Shown here: piece by piece, positions 9,635 to 19,428 of the stretch | How positions within the stretch are numbered: position 1 is the first letter of the stretch | Layout: every line of letters begins with the position of its first letter | Source of the DNA: Actinomycetes bacterium | Lineage (GTDB): Bacteria; Actinomycetota; Acidimicrobiia; Acidimicrobiales; RAAP-2 | Reading direction: 5' to 3' | Assembly: GCA_021779735.1 (NCBI GenBank) | Contig: JAJYAC010000003.1 | Location: forward strand, 1,702 to 65,701 | Length of the DNA: 64,000 bases | Program-made: the position numbers and the translations under genes | Notes under the pieces: model-generated | Told to the model about the DNA's origin: nothing | What the model saw: the letters and a program-made list of their open reading frames with translations, nothing else | Databases searched by the model: none

Positions 9635-10648
9635 TCAGGCCTTCGCCCGACGCGCCCACATGTCCAGGCCAACGGCGACGAGCAGGATCAGACCGAGGAC
9701 GATCTGTTGCCAGTTCGGGTCGACGCCCAGCAGGTTAAAGCCGTTTCCAATCAGTGCGATGAACAGCACGCCTAGGGCCGTGCGCCACCCCGAGCCCTCG
9801 CCGCCGGCGATGGATGTGCCACCGACGACGATGCCCGCGAGCACGAGGAAGGACAGTGACGGACCACCACTGGTGGACAAGATCGAGCCGAGTCGCCCGG
9901 CGTCGATGATCCCGCCCAGCGCGGCGGCGCCGCCGGAGATGACGAACGTGATGATTTTGATGGCGTTGACCCGCACTCCGGCCAGGCGGGCCGCCTCGGC
10001 GTTGCCGCCCGCGGCCACGACGTAGCGTCCGTAGGTCGTGCGAGAGAGCACGACCGCCAGCACGATGACGACGCCAATCGCCATCCACACCGCGCTCGGC
10101 ACGGTGAGAAACGTCGAGTTGGTGAAGGTCTGAAAGCCCGGAATGGAGCCGGTGAGAACGAGGTTGCCGTTGGTCACCTTGAGCGCGAGGCCGTAGATGA
10201 TGTAGGACATCGCGAGTGTCGTGATGAGCGGGCTAATGCGAAACACCGTCACGATGACGCCGTTGAGCAGGCCCACCACCAGGCCGACCAGGAGTCCGGC
10301 GAGGATGGCCCACACCACGGAGTGGTGCTGACCCACTTCGCCCGCGACCACGCCGGCGAGCGCGTAGGTGGAGCCGACCGAGAGGTCAATGCCACCAGCG
10401 ACGAGGACGAGCGTGCCGGCCGCGGCGATGCACAGCACGGCAGCCTGCTGGTCGAGGATGTTGATCAGGTTCGTCGTGTGCAAGAACGGGGAACTGGCGA
10501 TCGACAACACGACGAAGAGGATGAGGAAGGGAATCAGGATCCCCGCGGTACGCCACGATCCGAAGAGACGTCGCAGACCCGACTTCATCGAGAGTCCCGC
10601 GTTGCCGAGGTCCTCGACGTCGGGGTGATCGGTGAGTGTCTCGGTCAT
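9635..10648 (-). CDS. Monosaccharide-type (CUT2, RbsC-like) ABC transporter permease
   Basis: GGIDLSVGS, GGNAEAARLAGV, VVGGTSIAGGEG motifs. Confidence 0.92.
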   Translation of the reverse strand: MTETLTDHPDVEDLGNAGLSMKSGLRRLFGSWRTAGILIPFLILFVVLSIASSPFLHTTNLINILDQQAAVLCIAAAGTLVLVAGGIDLSVGSTYALAGVVAGEVGQHHSVVWAILAGLLVGLVVGLLNGVIVTVFRISPLITTLAMSYIIYGLALKVTNGNLVLTGSIPGFQTFTNSTFLTVPSAVWMAIGVVIVLAVVLSRTTYGRYVVAAGGNAEAARLAGVRVNAIKIITFVISGGAAALGGIIDAGRLGSILSTSGGPSLSFLVLAGIVVGGTSIAGGEGSGWRTALGVLFIALIGNGFNLLGVDPNWQQIVLGLILLVAVGLDMWARRAKA

Positions 10649-10657
10649 GTCAACTCC

Positions 10658-12202
10658 TCAGCTGGCGCTGTTCTCGGTGAAGGCGGCTTCGAGGACCGCC
10701 TCCTCGCTGATGTCCTGGCCCGCCAACTCGGCGGAGATCCGCCCGTGGCGCATGACGAGGACCCGGTGGGCCAGGCCCAGGACCTCTTCGAGTTCTGAGG
10801 AGATCACGATGATCCCCATTCCCTCGCGAGCCATCTCGACCAGAAGGTCGTAGATGGCGCGCTTAGAACCCACGTCGACGCCGCGCGTGGGTTCGTCGGC
10901 GATCAGTACCGCCGGCGTCTTCATCATGGAACGAGCGAAGAGCAGCTTTTGCTGGTTCCCGCCCGAGAGCATCGTGGCCGGCAGGGACATGCTCGCAGCC
11001 TTGACCGTCGTGCGCTCCATGAGTGAGGCCACCGCGCGACGCTCACGCAGTCGCGACACCCAGCTGAGTCGGCTCACGAGGTCGAGGCGAGACAGCGACA
11101 CGTTCTCGCGCACGGAACGGCCCATCATCAAGCCGAGTTCCTTACGCGACTCGGGGATCATGACTAGTCCGCGGTGAATGGAGCGGTGCGGGTTGTGCCC
11201 GGAGAGGTTGTCGCCACCCAGGCGCACCGAACCGGCGGACACCTTGGCGTCGCGGAAGATGGCGCGGGCCAGTTCCGAGCGCCCCGCACCCACGAGGCCC
11301 GCAATGCCCAGAATCTCGCCACGTCGAAGCGAAAAGGTGCAGTTGTCGACCTTGGGCGCACAGAGGTTGGCCACCTCGAGCACTACCGGTGCGTCATCGT
11401 GGGGGAACTGCTTCTCGGGAAACGTCGCTGAGAGCGAACGACCGAGCATGCCGACGATGAGGCTCTCTTGCGTCGCGCCGCGCGCGTCAACGGTCGAAAT
11501 CAGATGACCGTCGCGCAGGGTGGTGATGGTGTCTGAGAGCGAGAGCACCTCAGAGAGGAAGTGCGAAATGAGGATGACGGCCGTCCCGCTGGCGGCCAGT
11601 GAGCGAATGATGTCGTGCAGCGCCTTGCTCTCGTGGCTCGACAGGGCGGCCGAAGGCTCATCCATGACGACGATCGAGGCGCGGCGCGAGAGCGCGCGCA
11701 TGATCTCGACCTTCTGCTTGTCGGCGGTAGACAGGTACGCCGCCGGCGTTTCGGGTCGCAGCTCGAATCCCGTGCGGTGGGCCAGTTCGCGAAAACGCCG
11801 ACGGAGCTCGCGGCGACGCACGAAACCGCCGGTCGCAATTTCTGCGCCCAGGAAGACGTTGTCGGCGACGGTGAGGCCGGGGACGATCGCGAGCTCCTGG
11901 GCGATGGTGACGATCCCGTGGGTGAGACCGTCGCGCGGCGAAGTCATGTGCAGGGCGCGACCGCCCAGCGTCAGGGCTCCCTCGTCGGGAGCGAGCACCC
12001 CGGCGATGATCTTGCCGAGGGTCGACTTGCCCGCACCGTTCTCACCGATGAAGGCGTGGACCTTGCCCGCCTCAATGGTGACCGACACGTTCTGGAGGGC
12101 GGGGACCCCACCGAACCGCTTGGACACGCCGGTGACGACGAGGTCGTCACCGGTCGTGCCAGCGGCCCGGTGGGGGGCGCCGTCAAGGTTCTCTTCTGAC
12201 AT
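10658..12202 (-). CDS. CUT2 sugar ABC transporter ATP-binding protein (two domains)
   Basis: GENGAGKST, MDEP, GLVGAGRSE, LSGGNQQK, DEPTRGVDVG. Confidence 0.94.
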   Translation of the reverse strand: MSEENLDGAPHRAAGTTGDDLVVTGVSKRFGGVPALQNVSVTIEAGKVHAFIGENGAGKSTLGKIIAGVLAPDEGALTLGGRALHMTSPRDGLTHGIVTIAQELAIVPGLTVADNVFLGAEIATGGFVRRRELRRRFRELAHRTGFELRPETPAAYLSTADKQKVEIMRALSRRASIVVMDEPSAALSSHESKALHDIIRSLAASGTAVILISHFLSEVLSLSDTITTLRDGHLISTVDARGATQESLIVGMLGRSLSATFPEKQFPHDDAPVVLEVANLCAPKVDNCTFSLRRGEILGIAGLVGAGRSELARAIFRDAKVSAGSVRLGGDNLSGHNPHRSIHRGLVMIPESRKELGLMMGRSVRENVSLSRLDLVSRLSWVSRLRERRAVASLMERTTVKAASMSLPATMLSGGNQQKLLFARSMMKTPAVLIADEPTRGVDVGSKRAIYDLLVEMAREGMGIIVISSELEEVLGLAHRVLVMRHGRISAELAGQDISEEAVLEAAFTENSAS

Positions 12203-12257
12203 GCTTGAACACGTCCGCCTTGTCAGTTCAACGAGTAGTGATCGTTCCTAGGGACGA

Positions 12258-13265
12258 TCAACCCGGCCACTCGGGCGAGAAGTTCTTGATGTTGGCCGCG
12301 GTGAGCACGCCGTTGTTCGGAATGCCGGCGACCGGGTTCTTCGAGCCCTGCGGCTTGCCCGTCCTGATGGCCTTGATCAACATCTCCATGCCGAGCTGAC
12401 CTTCGGTCGCGGGCATCTGAGCGACGTCGCCCACCCACTGGCCGCTCTTGAGGCCGGGGATGGCCGCGGCGCTCGCGCCGTAGCAAATCAGCTTCGTCGA
12501 CTTCGAGGTACCGAGGGCGATCTGAGCCCCCTCGCAGTTCTGGTCGGCGCCCACGATGAAGTTGATGTTCGGGTGCGCCTGGAGCATGCCCTGGACGACC
12601 GTGGTCGAGGTGCCCACGGCGTAGGTGCCGTCACCCTCGGCGACGATTGAGATGTTGGGGTAGCTCTTCAACTTGGCGTTGATCGCCGCGGTGATCGCCG
12701 AGTCCGGCTCGTCACCCGTGATGTTGTGCACGAGGCCGATCTGGCAGGGGTTAGTGGTGCCGCAGGCCTTGATGACCAGGTTGGCCAGCTGCGTGCCGAT
12801 CTTGGAGGGGAAGAACACCACGTTGCCCGAGAGGCCCTTGACCTGGATCTGGTCGGTCGTGTACTTGAGACCGAGGATCTGGTCGATGTTGACGACCTTG
12901 ATCTTGGCCGCCATGACCTTCTTCACCTGACTGATCTCCGCCGCGCCGTAGATCGGCTGGAGTAGGACGCCCTGGTAGTTGTGCGAGCTGATGATGTCCT
13001 GCATCTCGGCTACCTGAGTCGAGGGGTTGTAGGCCCCGTCGAAGACCGTGACCTGCGCGCCGCTGGCGCTCGCGACGGCCTTGGCGGCTGCGAGCATCGG
13101 CGCGTCGTAGCTGTTGCCTACGGCGTAAGAAATGTAGGCGATGCGAATCGGCTTAGGCTTGGCCTTCTTCGCCGCAACCGCCGCTGTGCTGAAGCCAGCC
13201 AGCATTGTCGTGAGGGCCAAGGCCCCGACCGCTGAGCCCGTGAGCCAGCGCTTCTTGCTTCTCAT
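12258..13265 (-). CDS. Sugar ABC transporter substrate-binding protein (RbsB-like)
   Basis: Signal peptide, class I periplasmic-binding pattern (VAQMPATEG), position in the operon. Confidence 0.85.
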   Translation of the reverse strand: MRSKKRWLTGSAVGALALTTMLAGFSTAAVAAKKAKPKPIRIAYISYAVGNSYDAPMLAAAKAVASASGAQVTVFDGAYNPSTQVAEMQDIISSHNYQGVLLQPIYGAAEISQVKKVMAAKIKVVNIDQILGLKYTTDQIQVKGLSGNVVFFPSKIGTQLANLVIKACGTTNPCQIGLVHNITGDEPDSAITAAINAKLKSYPNISIVAEGDGTYAVGTSTTVVQGMLQAHPNINFIVGADQNCEGAQIALGTSKSTKLICYGASAAAIPGLKSGQWVGDVAQMPATEGQLGMEMLIKAIRTGKPQGSKNPVAGIPNNGVLTAANIKNFSPEWPG

Positions 13266-13360
13266 TCGTGGTTCCCCCCTTGTGACGTCACACGCGACAC
13301 GCGTGCAACACGTGCTAACCGCCGCCCCCTTGTGAGTGCCGTTCCACGGTCAACGTCGAG

Positions 13361-13389
13361 ACACTAGCGATGTTCACTGAACGTGTCAA
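13361..13389 (-). promoter_or_regulatory. Sigma70/SigA-type promoter of the ABC operon with a palindromic operator in the spacer
   Basis: Minus strand TTGACA-N17-TAGTGT. Palindrome GTTCA-C-TGAAC at 13372-13382. Confidence 0.7.
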
Positions 13390-13441
13390 GTCACACCGAA
13401 CACATGGACACTCACCCTTCACGACACGCTCTCGTATACGT

Positions 13442-13475
13442 CACACGGCCGGCCGCTCGCGCGGCCGGCCGTGTG
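13442..13475 (-). terminator. GC-rich hairpin downstream of the amidohydrolase gene
   Basis: Perfect 15-bp stem CACACGGCCGGCCGC / GCGGCCGGCCGTGTG, 4-nt loop, no U-tract. Confidence 0.6.
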
Positions 13476-13498
13476 TCGTTCGCCCACCTGGGCGTGGG

Positions 13499-14935
13499 CT
13501 ACTTGTTGTAGTGATACGGGTTGTCGATCTCCTGCTTGGGCGGCAGATCGGGGTGCATCCCCGCCTCCCAGGCCTCTTGGCCCAGGGTCGTCTCGAGGTA
13601 GCTCACGGTGTCTTCCACCGCGCGCTTGGCCTTGGCGAGGTCGACGTTGATCAAACGGTGCTCGTGCTTGACGATGTTGCCGTCGATGACCACCGTGTGC
13701 ACGTCGGCGCGCTGGGCCTGCATGGCCACGTGGCCGTAGGGGTTGACGATGGGAAACATCACCGGCGACTCGTCGTTCTTGAGTAGCACGATGTCCGCCC
13801 GCTTGCCGACCTCGATGCTGCCGATCTTGCTGTCCAGGCCGAGCGCCTTCGAACCGCCGCGCGTCGCCCACTCGATCACATCATCAGAACGCAGGTCGAG
13901 CTGGGTGACGGTCTCACCCTTCGCGTGCGCTTCGAAGTGCTGGCGCGAACGGTCCGCGCCGAGCGTGGTGCGCATCGCGGTGAAGAGGTCCGCGCTCCAC
14001 CACACCGAGGTGTCGTGCGAGAGGGTGATGGGAATCCCGAACTGACGCAACTTCCACGACGACGGGTAGCCCTGACCCGCGCTCTGCTCGCTCTCGGTGG
14101 ACACCGAGACCGAACTGCCGGACGCGGCGATGCGCTGGTACGAGTCATCCGACAGCGTGGCGCAGTGCACGAGGATCGTGTCAGGCGTCATGAAGCCGTT
14201 CTCGTGCATCAGTCGAATGCTGTCGTCGCCGTTAGCCCCGAGGACGCCCGCGTGGGTGTTGACCGACACGCCGAGGTCCCGAGCCACCTCGAACGCCGCG
14301 CGCTCGGGGAACTCCGGGCCGGCGACGACGTCGAAGGCAATCTGGAATCCCAGGCGGCTCTTGCCGTCGAAGCGGCGGGCGTAGAAGTCCTGAAATCCCT
14401 TGTCAGCGGTCCATTCCCACGGCGCGTTCTGGATGTTGCCGTAGGCCAGCACGAAGCGACCGGCGATCTCTTCGAGCGCGTCGACGGCGGCGTCGGCGTG
14501 ATCAATCGTCTGGAGTCCGTGCGACCAGTCCACCGACGTCGTGACGCCCGCGTCGACGGCCTCGATCGCCGAGAGCAAGTTGCCCGCGTAGACGTCCTGA
14601 GGACGGAACTTCTTGCCGTGCTCGAGGTAGTACCAGACGAAGTACTGCGACAACGTCCAGTCCGCGCCGTAGGCGCGCATGGCGGTCTGCCACATGTGAC
14701 GGTGCGTGTCGATCATGCCCGGCATGATGATGCCCCCGCGCGCGTCGATCGAAAGAGCGTCCGCCGGTGCCTGGATGTTCGGACCGACCTCCTTGATATC
14801 CCCGCCCACCACGAGGACGTCGCAGTCCTTGATGACGCGCCGTGCGTCGTCCATCGTCAGGACAATGCCGTTGCGAAAGACGATGGATCGCCCGTGTTCG
14901 AGTGACTCACCGGACGTGCTGATGGGCTTATTCAT
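13499..14935 (-). CDS. Amidohydrolase superfamily metallo-hydrolase (AtzA/TrzA/MtaD-like deaminase/chlorohydrolase)
   Basis: MPGMIDTHRH, GVTT..DWSH, NTH, LVHC, LSHD, GSIEVGKRADIV. Confidence 0.9.
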   Translation of the reverse strand: MNKPISTSGESLEHGRSIVFRNGIVLTMDDARRVIKDCDVLVVGGDIKEVGPNIQAPADALSIDARGGIIMPGMIDTHRHMWQTAMRAYGADWTLSQYFVWYYLEHGKKFRPQDVYAGNLLSAIEAVDAGVTTSVDWSHGLQTIDHADAAVDALEEIAGRFVLAYGNIQNAPWEWTADKGFQDFYARRFDGKSRLGFQIAFDVVAGPEFPERAAFEVARDLGVSVNTHAGVLGANGDDSIRLMHENGFMTPDTILVHCATLSDDSYQRIAASGSSVSVSTESEQSAGQGYPSSWKLRQFGIPITLSHDTSVWWSADLFTAMRTTLGADRSRQHFEAHAKGETVTQLDLRSDDVIEWATRGGSKALGLDSKIGSIEVGKRADIVLLKNDESPVMFPIVNPYGHVAMQAQRADVHTVVIDGNIVKHEHRLINVDLAKAKRAVEDTVSYLETTLGQEAWEAGMHPDLPPKQEIDNPYHYNK

Positions 14936-14971
14936 GCCCCCCCCTTAGTAGATCTGTACAGAATCTCGCTC

Positions 14972-14999
14972 AGCGTAGCACCGTGTTCAGTGATGTCAA
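14972..14999 (-). promoter_or_regulatory. Sigma70-type promoter of the amidohydrolase gene
   Basis: Minus strand TTGACA-N16-TACGCT with a TGn extension. The spacer contains CACTGAACA. Confidence 0.6.
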
Positions 15000-15220
15000 G
15001 AGTCACTTCACACACCGAGCCTCACGCCGGCCCGGCCCCGTGTGACTCGGACTCGCGCGCTCCACAGCGCAGTAATTACAGTGGTTGTCGACGGCCACGG
15101 ACCTTCGACGCCGCCAACGGCTCACGCTGCGTCATCCCGGCACGGGCGAGGATTTCCCCCGTTGCACCACCCGGCCCATGGGATATGTTTATTCACACTG
15201 AACATAGTGAGGGGGACACA

Positions 15221-15934
15221 GTGACACAGTCAGAGTCGAGGGGCACGGGGCGTACCGCCGTCGTTCTCGGGGGCACCCAGGGCATCGGTCGCGAGATCGT
15301 CAAGGCCCTCGCCGCCCAGGGAGCCACCGTCTACCTGTCGGGACGCACCCACGAGTCGGCCCGAGCCGCGGCCGAAGAGATTGGCATGGGCACCATCCCG
15401 CTCGCGGTCGACCTCTCCGAGCCCGAGGCAATCGCCGCGGCGCTGGCCTCGGTCACGTCGGTCGATGACCTCGTCATCCCCGCCATCGAACGCGACGCGA
15501 ACACCATTGCCGAGTACAACATCGCTGGCGCCATGCGTCTCGTCACGCTCAAGCTCGTGGGCTACGCCGAAGCGATTCACGCGCTGCGCGACCGCTTCAG
15601 CCCTCAGGCGTCCATCGTCTTGTTCGGTGGCCTGGCCCTCGAGCGCCCCTACCCGGGGTCAACCACCGTCTCAACGGTGAACGGCGGCGTCGTCGGCATG
15701 GTCCACACGCTGGCCTGCGAGCTGGCGCCCGTGCGCGTGAACGCCGTGCACCCGGGCATCATCGGCGACAGCCCCTACTGGGAGAACAAGGACAACAGCC
15801 ACATCGTCAACCGCACGCCCCTCGGACGTCTCGTCACCATGGATGAGATCGTTGGTTCGGTGCTCTTCTTGCTTGATAACTCCGGCGTCAATGGCGTCAA
15901 CCTCGCCATGGACGGCGGCTGGCTCCTCAAGTAG
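15221..15934 (+). CDS. Short-chain dehydrogenase/reductase (atypical)
   Basis: GGTQGIG, VRVNAVHPG, TPLGR, DGG. No canonical YxxxK. Confidence 0.85.
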   Translation: MTQSESRGTGRTAVVLGGTQGIGREIVKALAAQGATVYLSGRTHESARAAAEEIGMGTIPLAVDLSEPEAIAAALASVTSVDDLVIPAIERDANTIAEYNIAGAMRLVTLKLVGYAEAIHALRDRFSPQASIVLFGGLALERPYPGSTTVSTVNGGVVGMVHTLACELAPVRVNAVHPGIIGDSPYWENKDNSHIVNRTPLGRLVTMDEIVGSVLFLLDNSGVNGVNLAMDGGWLLK

Positions 15935-15963
15935 GAGACGCGCTTTACCCGAAAGGATGTTTT

Positions 15964-16875
15964 ATGTACTACCTCACAAAAATTGACGACGCGAGCGCGC
16001 TGACGCCCGAGGACTTCGCGCCCGCGAGTTCGGGCTATCGCCGCCAGAGTCTCATCAGCCGCGCGACCGGTTCGCCGCACATGAGCCTCTCGGTGGGCCA
16101 CCTCGCCGCGCACGGACACGTCGACGCCACGGTGCACTCCTTCGAGGTGAGCCTCTACGTGTTCGCCGGCACGCTCGCAGTCACCATGCACGGCGAGACG
16201 ACTCACCTGGGACCCGATCACGCCATCGTCGTTCCCGTGGGCGTCACGTACTCACTGCGCGCGCTCGACGCGCACGTGCGCTGGCTGCAGATGAGTGCCC
16301 CCGGCGAACTCGACGACGGTCGCCGTCAGGACACCTTCTTCACCGGTGACTCCCTCGCCGAATCCGCGCCCATCATTCCCGACATGCGCGATCCCCGCTT
16401 CTCGCACGCGGTGCGCTTCGACGCGGCGTCGATGGACTTGAAGAAGCTCGCCCACGGCGCGGCGGTCGCTGACCCGACGGTGTCGCCGAGCATGGCCACG
16501 GCGCTGCTCGCCTACAGCGGGATCGGCGTGCGCATGCTGATCGACCAGCGTGTCGGCGCTCAGTTGCACACCATGTTCATCGTCGACTACCAGCCCACCG
16601 CCATCGCCCACCCTCACGACCACCCCTTCGAGGAGGCGTACATCTTCGTCGAGGGTGAGGTCCACGCCCTCGTCGACGGTGACGAACTCGTGTTGCACCC
16701 CGGCGACGTCCTGTGGGCCGGTGTTGGTGCCGACCACGGTTTCGAGAACCGCAGCAACGGGCTCGTGCGCTGGATTGAGACCCAGGCTCCTCAGCCCCCC
16801 GCCCAGCACTCCTACCGATTCAGTCGCGAGTGGGAGCACCTCGCCGACAAGCTCCACCAGGGGCACGCGCACTAG
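15964..16875 (+). CDS. Bicupin protein
   Basis: Two cupin motifs: VHSFEVSLY and HDHPFEEAY...HGF. Confidence 0.85.
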   Translation: MYYLTKIDDASALTPEDFAPASSGYRRQSLISRATGSPHMSLSVGHLAAHGHVDATVHSFEVSLYVFAGTLAVTMHGETTHLGPDHAIVVPVGVTYSLRALDAHVRWLQMSAPGELDDGRRQDTFFTGDSLAESAPIIPDMRDPRFSHAVRFDAASMDLKKLAHGAAVADPTVSPSMATALLAYSGIGVRMLIDQRVGAQLHTMFIVDYQPTAIAHPHDHPFEEAYIFVEGEVHALVDGDELVLHPGDVLWAGVGADHGFENRSNGLVRWIETQAPQPPAQHSYRFSREWEHLADKLHQGHAH

Positions 16876-17347
16876 GACGTCGCGGACGGGAGTTCCTTTC
16901 GTCACGCCGCGAGAACGAGCCGCGACCACGGTCACGACAACGTCGTCAATTCCTGCTTACGGTATCCCTGACACGAGCATCGAGTGCTGGGTCTACACGC
17001 CGCGTCTGCCCGCCGGGGCAGACGGATCATCTCACACATCGTCGACAAGCACGCGCGTGTTCTCAGCGACACCTACAAACTGATGGGCGAGGCGACCCTT
17101 GGCCCCGTCCAGAGCTGCCAGCCCGTGCGTCGAGTGAAGTGACCAGATTCAGGGGTTCAAGTGTCCACGATGACGCGACACATCAATATATCCATCATTG
17201 AACGCGCTGGGCCGTTCAGATAAGACTTCCGACATCACAAATTCCTTCGACCCGCCAGGTCAAAACTGGTCTCAGCGTATGGCGAACCTCCCCTTCAGAC
17301 TCACCGCCGCTGAGAGACGAGGATCTTAAGGAGGCGAGACGCTGCTG

Positions 17348-17830
17348 TCAGGTCGTTGACGCGCTCGGCGCCGATGACCCCGGGCTGGAGTGAGCTCGCT
17401 GCCGACGGAGTACGAGATACGCAGTCACGCCGAGCAGCGCACCCAGGATGCTGATGACCCCGCCGACGTCGCGATGAACACTCCCGGATTGAACACCTTG
17501 CCACGGCTGAATCCAATACCCCACCGTCACGACAGTCGACAGCAGGCTGGCCCCCATGGGGGTGAATCGGCGGACCCTGCCGACCGAGTGCAGAGCCCTG
17601 GTCATGACGAGCCCGTCGTAGATGAGGAGAAGTGCGCACACCAATAGCACGGGACCGTGGGGGTCAAGAGATCTGTTGGGTCCGAACTGGAACGCCGTAC
17701 GAGTCTCAGTTCCCGCGAAGGTGTCAAGTGTCACCCACGGCAGTGCGCTGCCGAGGGCGATTGCCGCCCCTCCCACGAGGCACAGCCAGCCAGGAACCAC
17801 GTACCTCTCTTTGGTCCGTTCCTCAGTCAT
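17348..17830 (-). CDS. Hypothetical membrane protein (4 TM)
   Basis: GSALPW motif and four hydrophobic segments. GAGG RBS. Lies in an atypical region next to tRNA-Arg. Confidence 0.55.
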   Translation of the reverse strand: MTEERTKERYVVPGWLCLVGGAAIALGSALPWVTLDTFAGTETRTAFQFGPNRSLDPHGPVLLVCALLLIYDGLVMTRALHSVGRVRRFTPMGASLLSTVVTVGYWIQPWQGVQSGSVHRDVGGVISILGALLGVTAYLVLRRQRAHSSPGSSAPSASTT

Positions 17831-18106
17831 CCGCTACCTCACTCAGTCCGTCCAGAGACAGCCACCTAACGCTGAACATCGAGGATGCCATTACTCACTG
17901 TTTGCCAACGCCAAAGGTGAGATTAGGCCAGTACCGACATGGCCGACGACATAATTGCTCTCGTTCACTCGATACAGTGAGCACCTCTTGTGCGACCGGT
18001 AGTTGGGACACGTTTGGGACGCAACTTGCCGTCCACCGTGAAGTACGTTGAGCCATCGTGAGCCATTGCAAAAGACAGGCTCCTCAGGTTCGACACGCGA
18101 TTCATC

Positions 18107-18183
18107 TGGTGCGGCTGGAGGGATTCGAACCCCCGACCCTCGGTTCCGTAGACCGATGCTCTAATCCGCTGAGCTACAGCCGC
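18107..18183 (-). tRNA. tRNA-Arg (ACG)
   Basis: GCGGCTGTAGCTCAG...TCGGT-CTACGGA-ACCGA...GGTTCGAATCC...CAGCCGCACCA cloverleaf. Confidence 0.97.
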
Positions 18184-18246
18184 AGTAATACAGGTCTCAC
18201 ATCCTAGCGTTCCCGCACGGGTGGCGGCCTCCCCTACCATGCGACC

Positions 18247-19428
18247 ATGCCCCTCGACGATGACGTGACCGGCCTCCTCGACCTGATCGAACCGGCAATG
18301 GTGGCGATACGTCACGACCTGCACGCCCACCCCGAGCTCTCCTTCGCGGAGTTTCGCACCAGCGAGGTCATTCGCCAGCGACTCGATGAGCTCGGCTGGC
18401 AGGTAGAGGACTGCCCCACTGATACCGGGGCCGTCGCGAGTCTCGAGGGCCAGAGCGGGCGTCACGTGATGATCCGCGCCGACATCGACGCCCTGCCGGT
18501 GACCGAGGAGACGGACCTCGACTTTGCGAGCGAGACGAGCGGGGTCATGCACGCGTGCGGCCACGACGTGCACACGGCGTCGGTGCTCGGCGTCGCGGAC
18601 CTCCTGGCGCGACGGCGTGACGCGGGAAATCTCGTGGGCCGGTTCACTCTCGTCTTTCAGCCCGCCGAGGAGGGACTGGGCGGCGCGCGCGTCATGGTCG
18701 AGCGCGGACTTCTCGAGAACCGCTCGATCGACTACGTCATCGGCGCCCACGTCTCGAGTCTCGCGCCGGTGGGCGTCGTCGGGAGCCGGGCCGGAATCGT
18801 CATGAGCGAGGTCAACGCCTTCTCCATCCTGCTGGAGGGCACGGGTGGCCACGGCGCGATGGCCAACGTCGCGGGCAACGTCGTCCTCGCCGTCAGCTCA
18901 CTGCCCGCGCGCCTCGGCGAGGTCGTCGAGGGCCTCTCCTACGAGGGCACCGACTGCGCGTGCGCGGCGGGCGTGATCAACGCGGGCAGCGCCCCCAACG
19001 TCGTGCCGCGACGCGCGAGCCTCCAGGGGACGCTGCGCACCTTCACCGGGGCCCAGCGCGACGAGGCGCTCGCCCGACTCGACGCGCTTGTGGCCAGCAC
19101 CGCACGCGACTACGAGGTGTCGGCGCGCCTGGTCCTGTCCGAGTCGGCACCGGCGGTCGTCAATGACGCCGACGTCGTGGGCGTCGTCGCCGACACCCTC
19201 GCCCACGTCCCCGGCGTGACCTACCTCGAGATGCCCCCCGTCACGCCGAGCGACGACGTCTCGGAGTTCCTCGCTCGCGTGCCCGGCTGCTACCTCTTCG
19301 TCGGCGGCGCGCCGGCGGACGGCTCGGGCGGCATGCACCACAGTCCCGACTTCGTCGTGCTCGACGAGTCCTGTCGGGTCTTCGCCGAAGTCCTCACGCG
19401 CGGCGCGCTGGCGCTGGCGCGACGCTAG
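18247..19428 (+). CDS. M20D family amidohydrolase (hippurate hydrolase-like)
   Basis: LHAHPELSF.E, RADIDALP, MHACGHDVH, FQPAEEG, HHSPDF. Confidence 0.92.
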   Translation: MPLDDDVTGLLDLIEPAMVAIRHDLHAHPELSFAEFRTSEVIRQRLDELGWQVEDCPTDTGAVASLEGQSGRHVMIRADIDALPVTEETDLDFASETSGVMHACGHDVHTASVLGVADLLARRRDAGNLVGRFTLVFQPAEEGLGGARVMVERGLLENRSIDYVIGAHVSSLAPVGVVGSRAGIVMSEVNAFSILLEGTGGHGAMANVAGNVVLAVSSLPARLGEVVEGLSYEGTDCACAAGVINAGSAPNVVPRRASLQGTLRTFTGAQRDEALARLDALVASTARDYEVSARLVLSESAPAVVNDADVVGVVADTLAHVPGVTYLEMPPVTPSDDVSEFLARVPGCYLFVGGAPADGSGGMHHSPDFVVLDESCRVFAEVLTRGALALARR

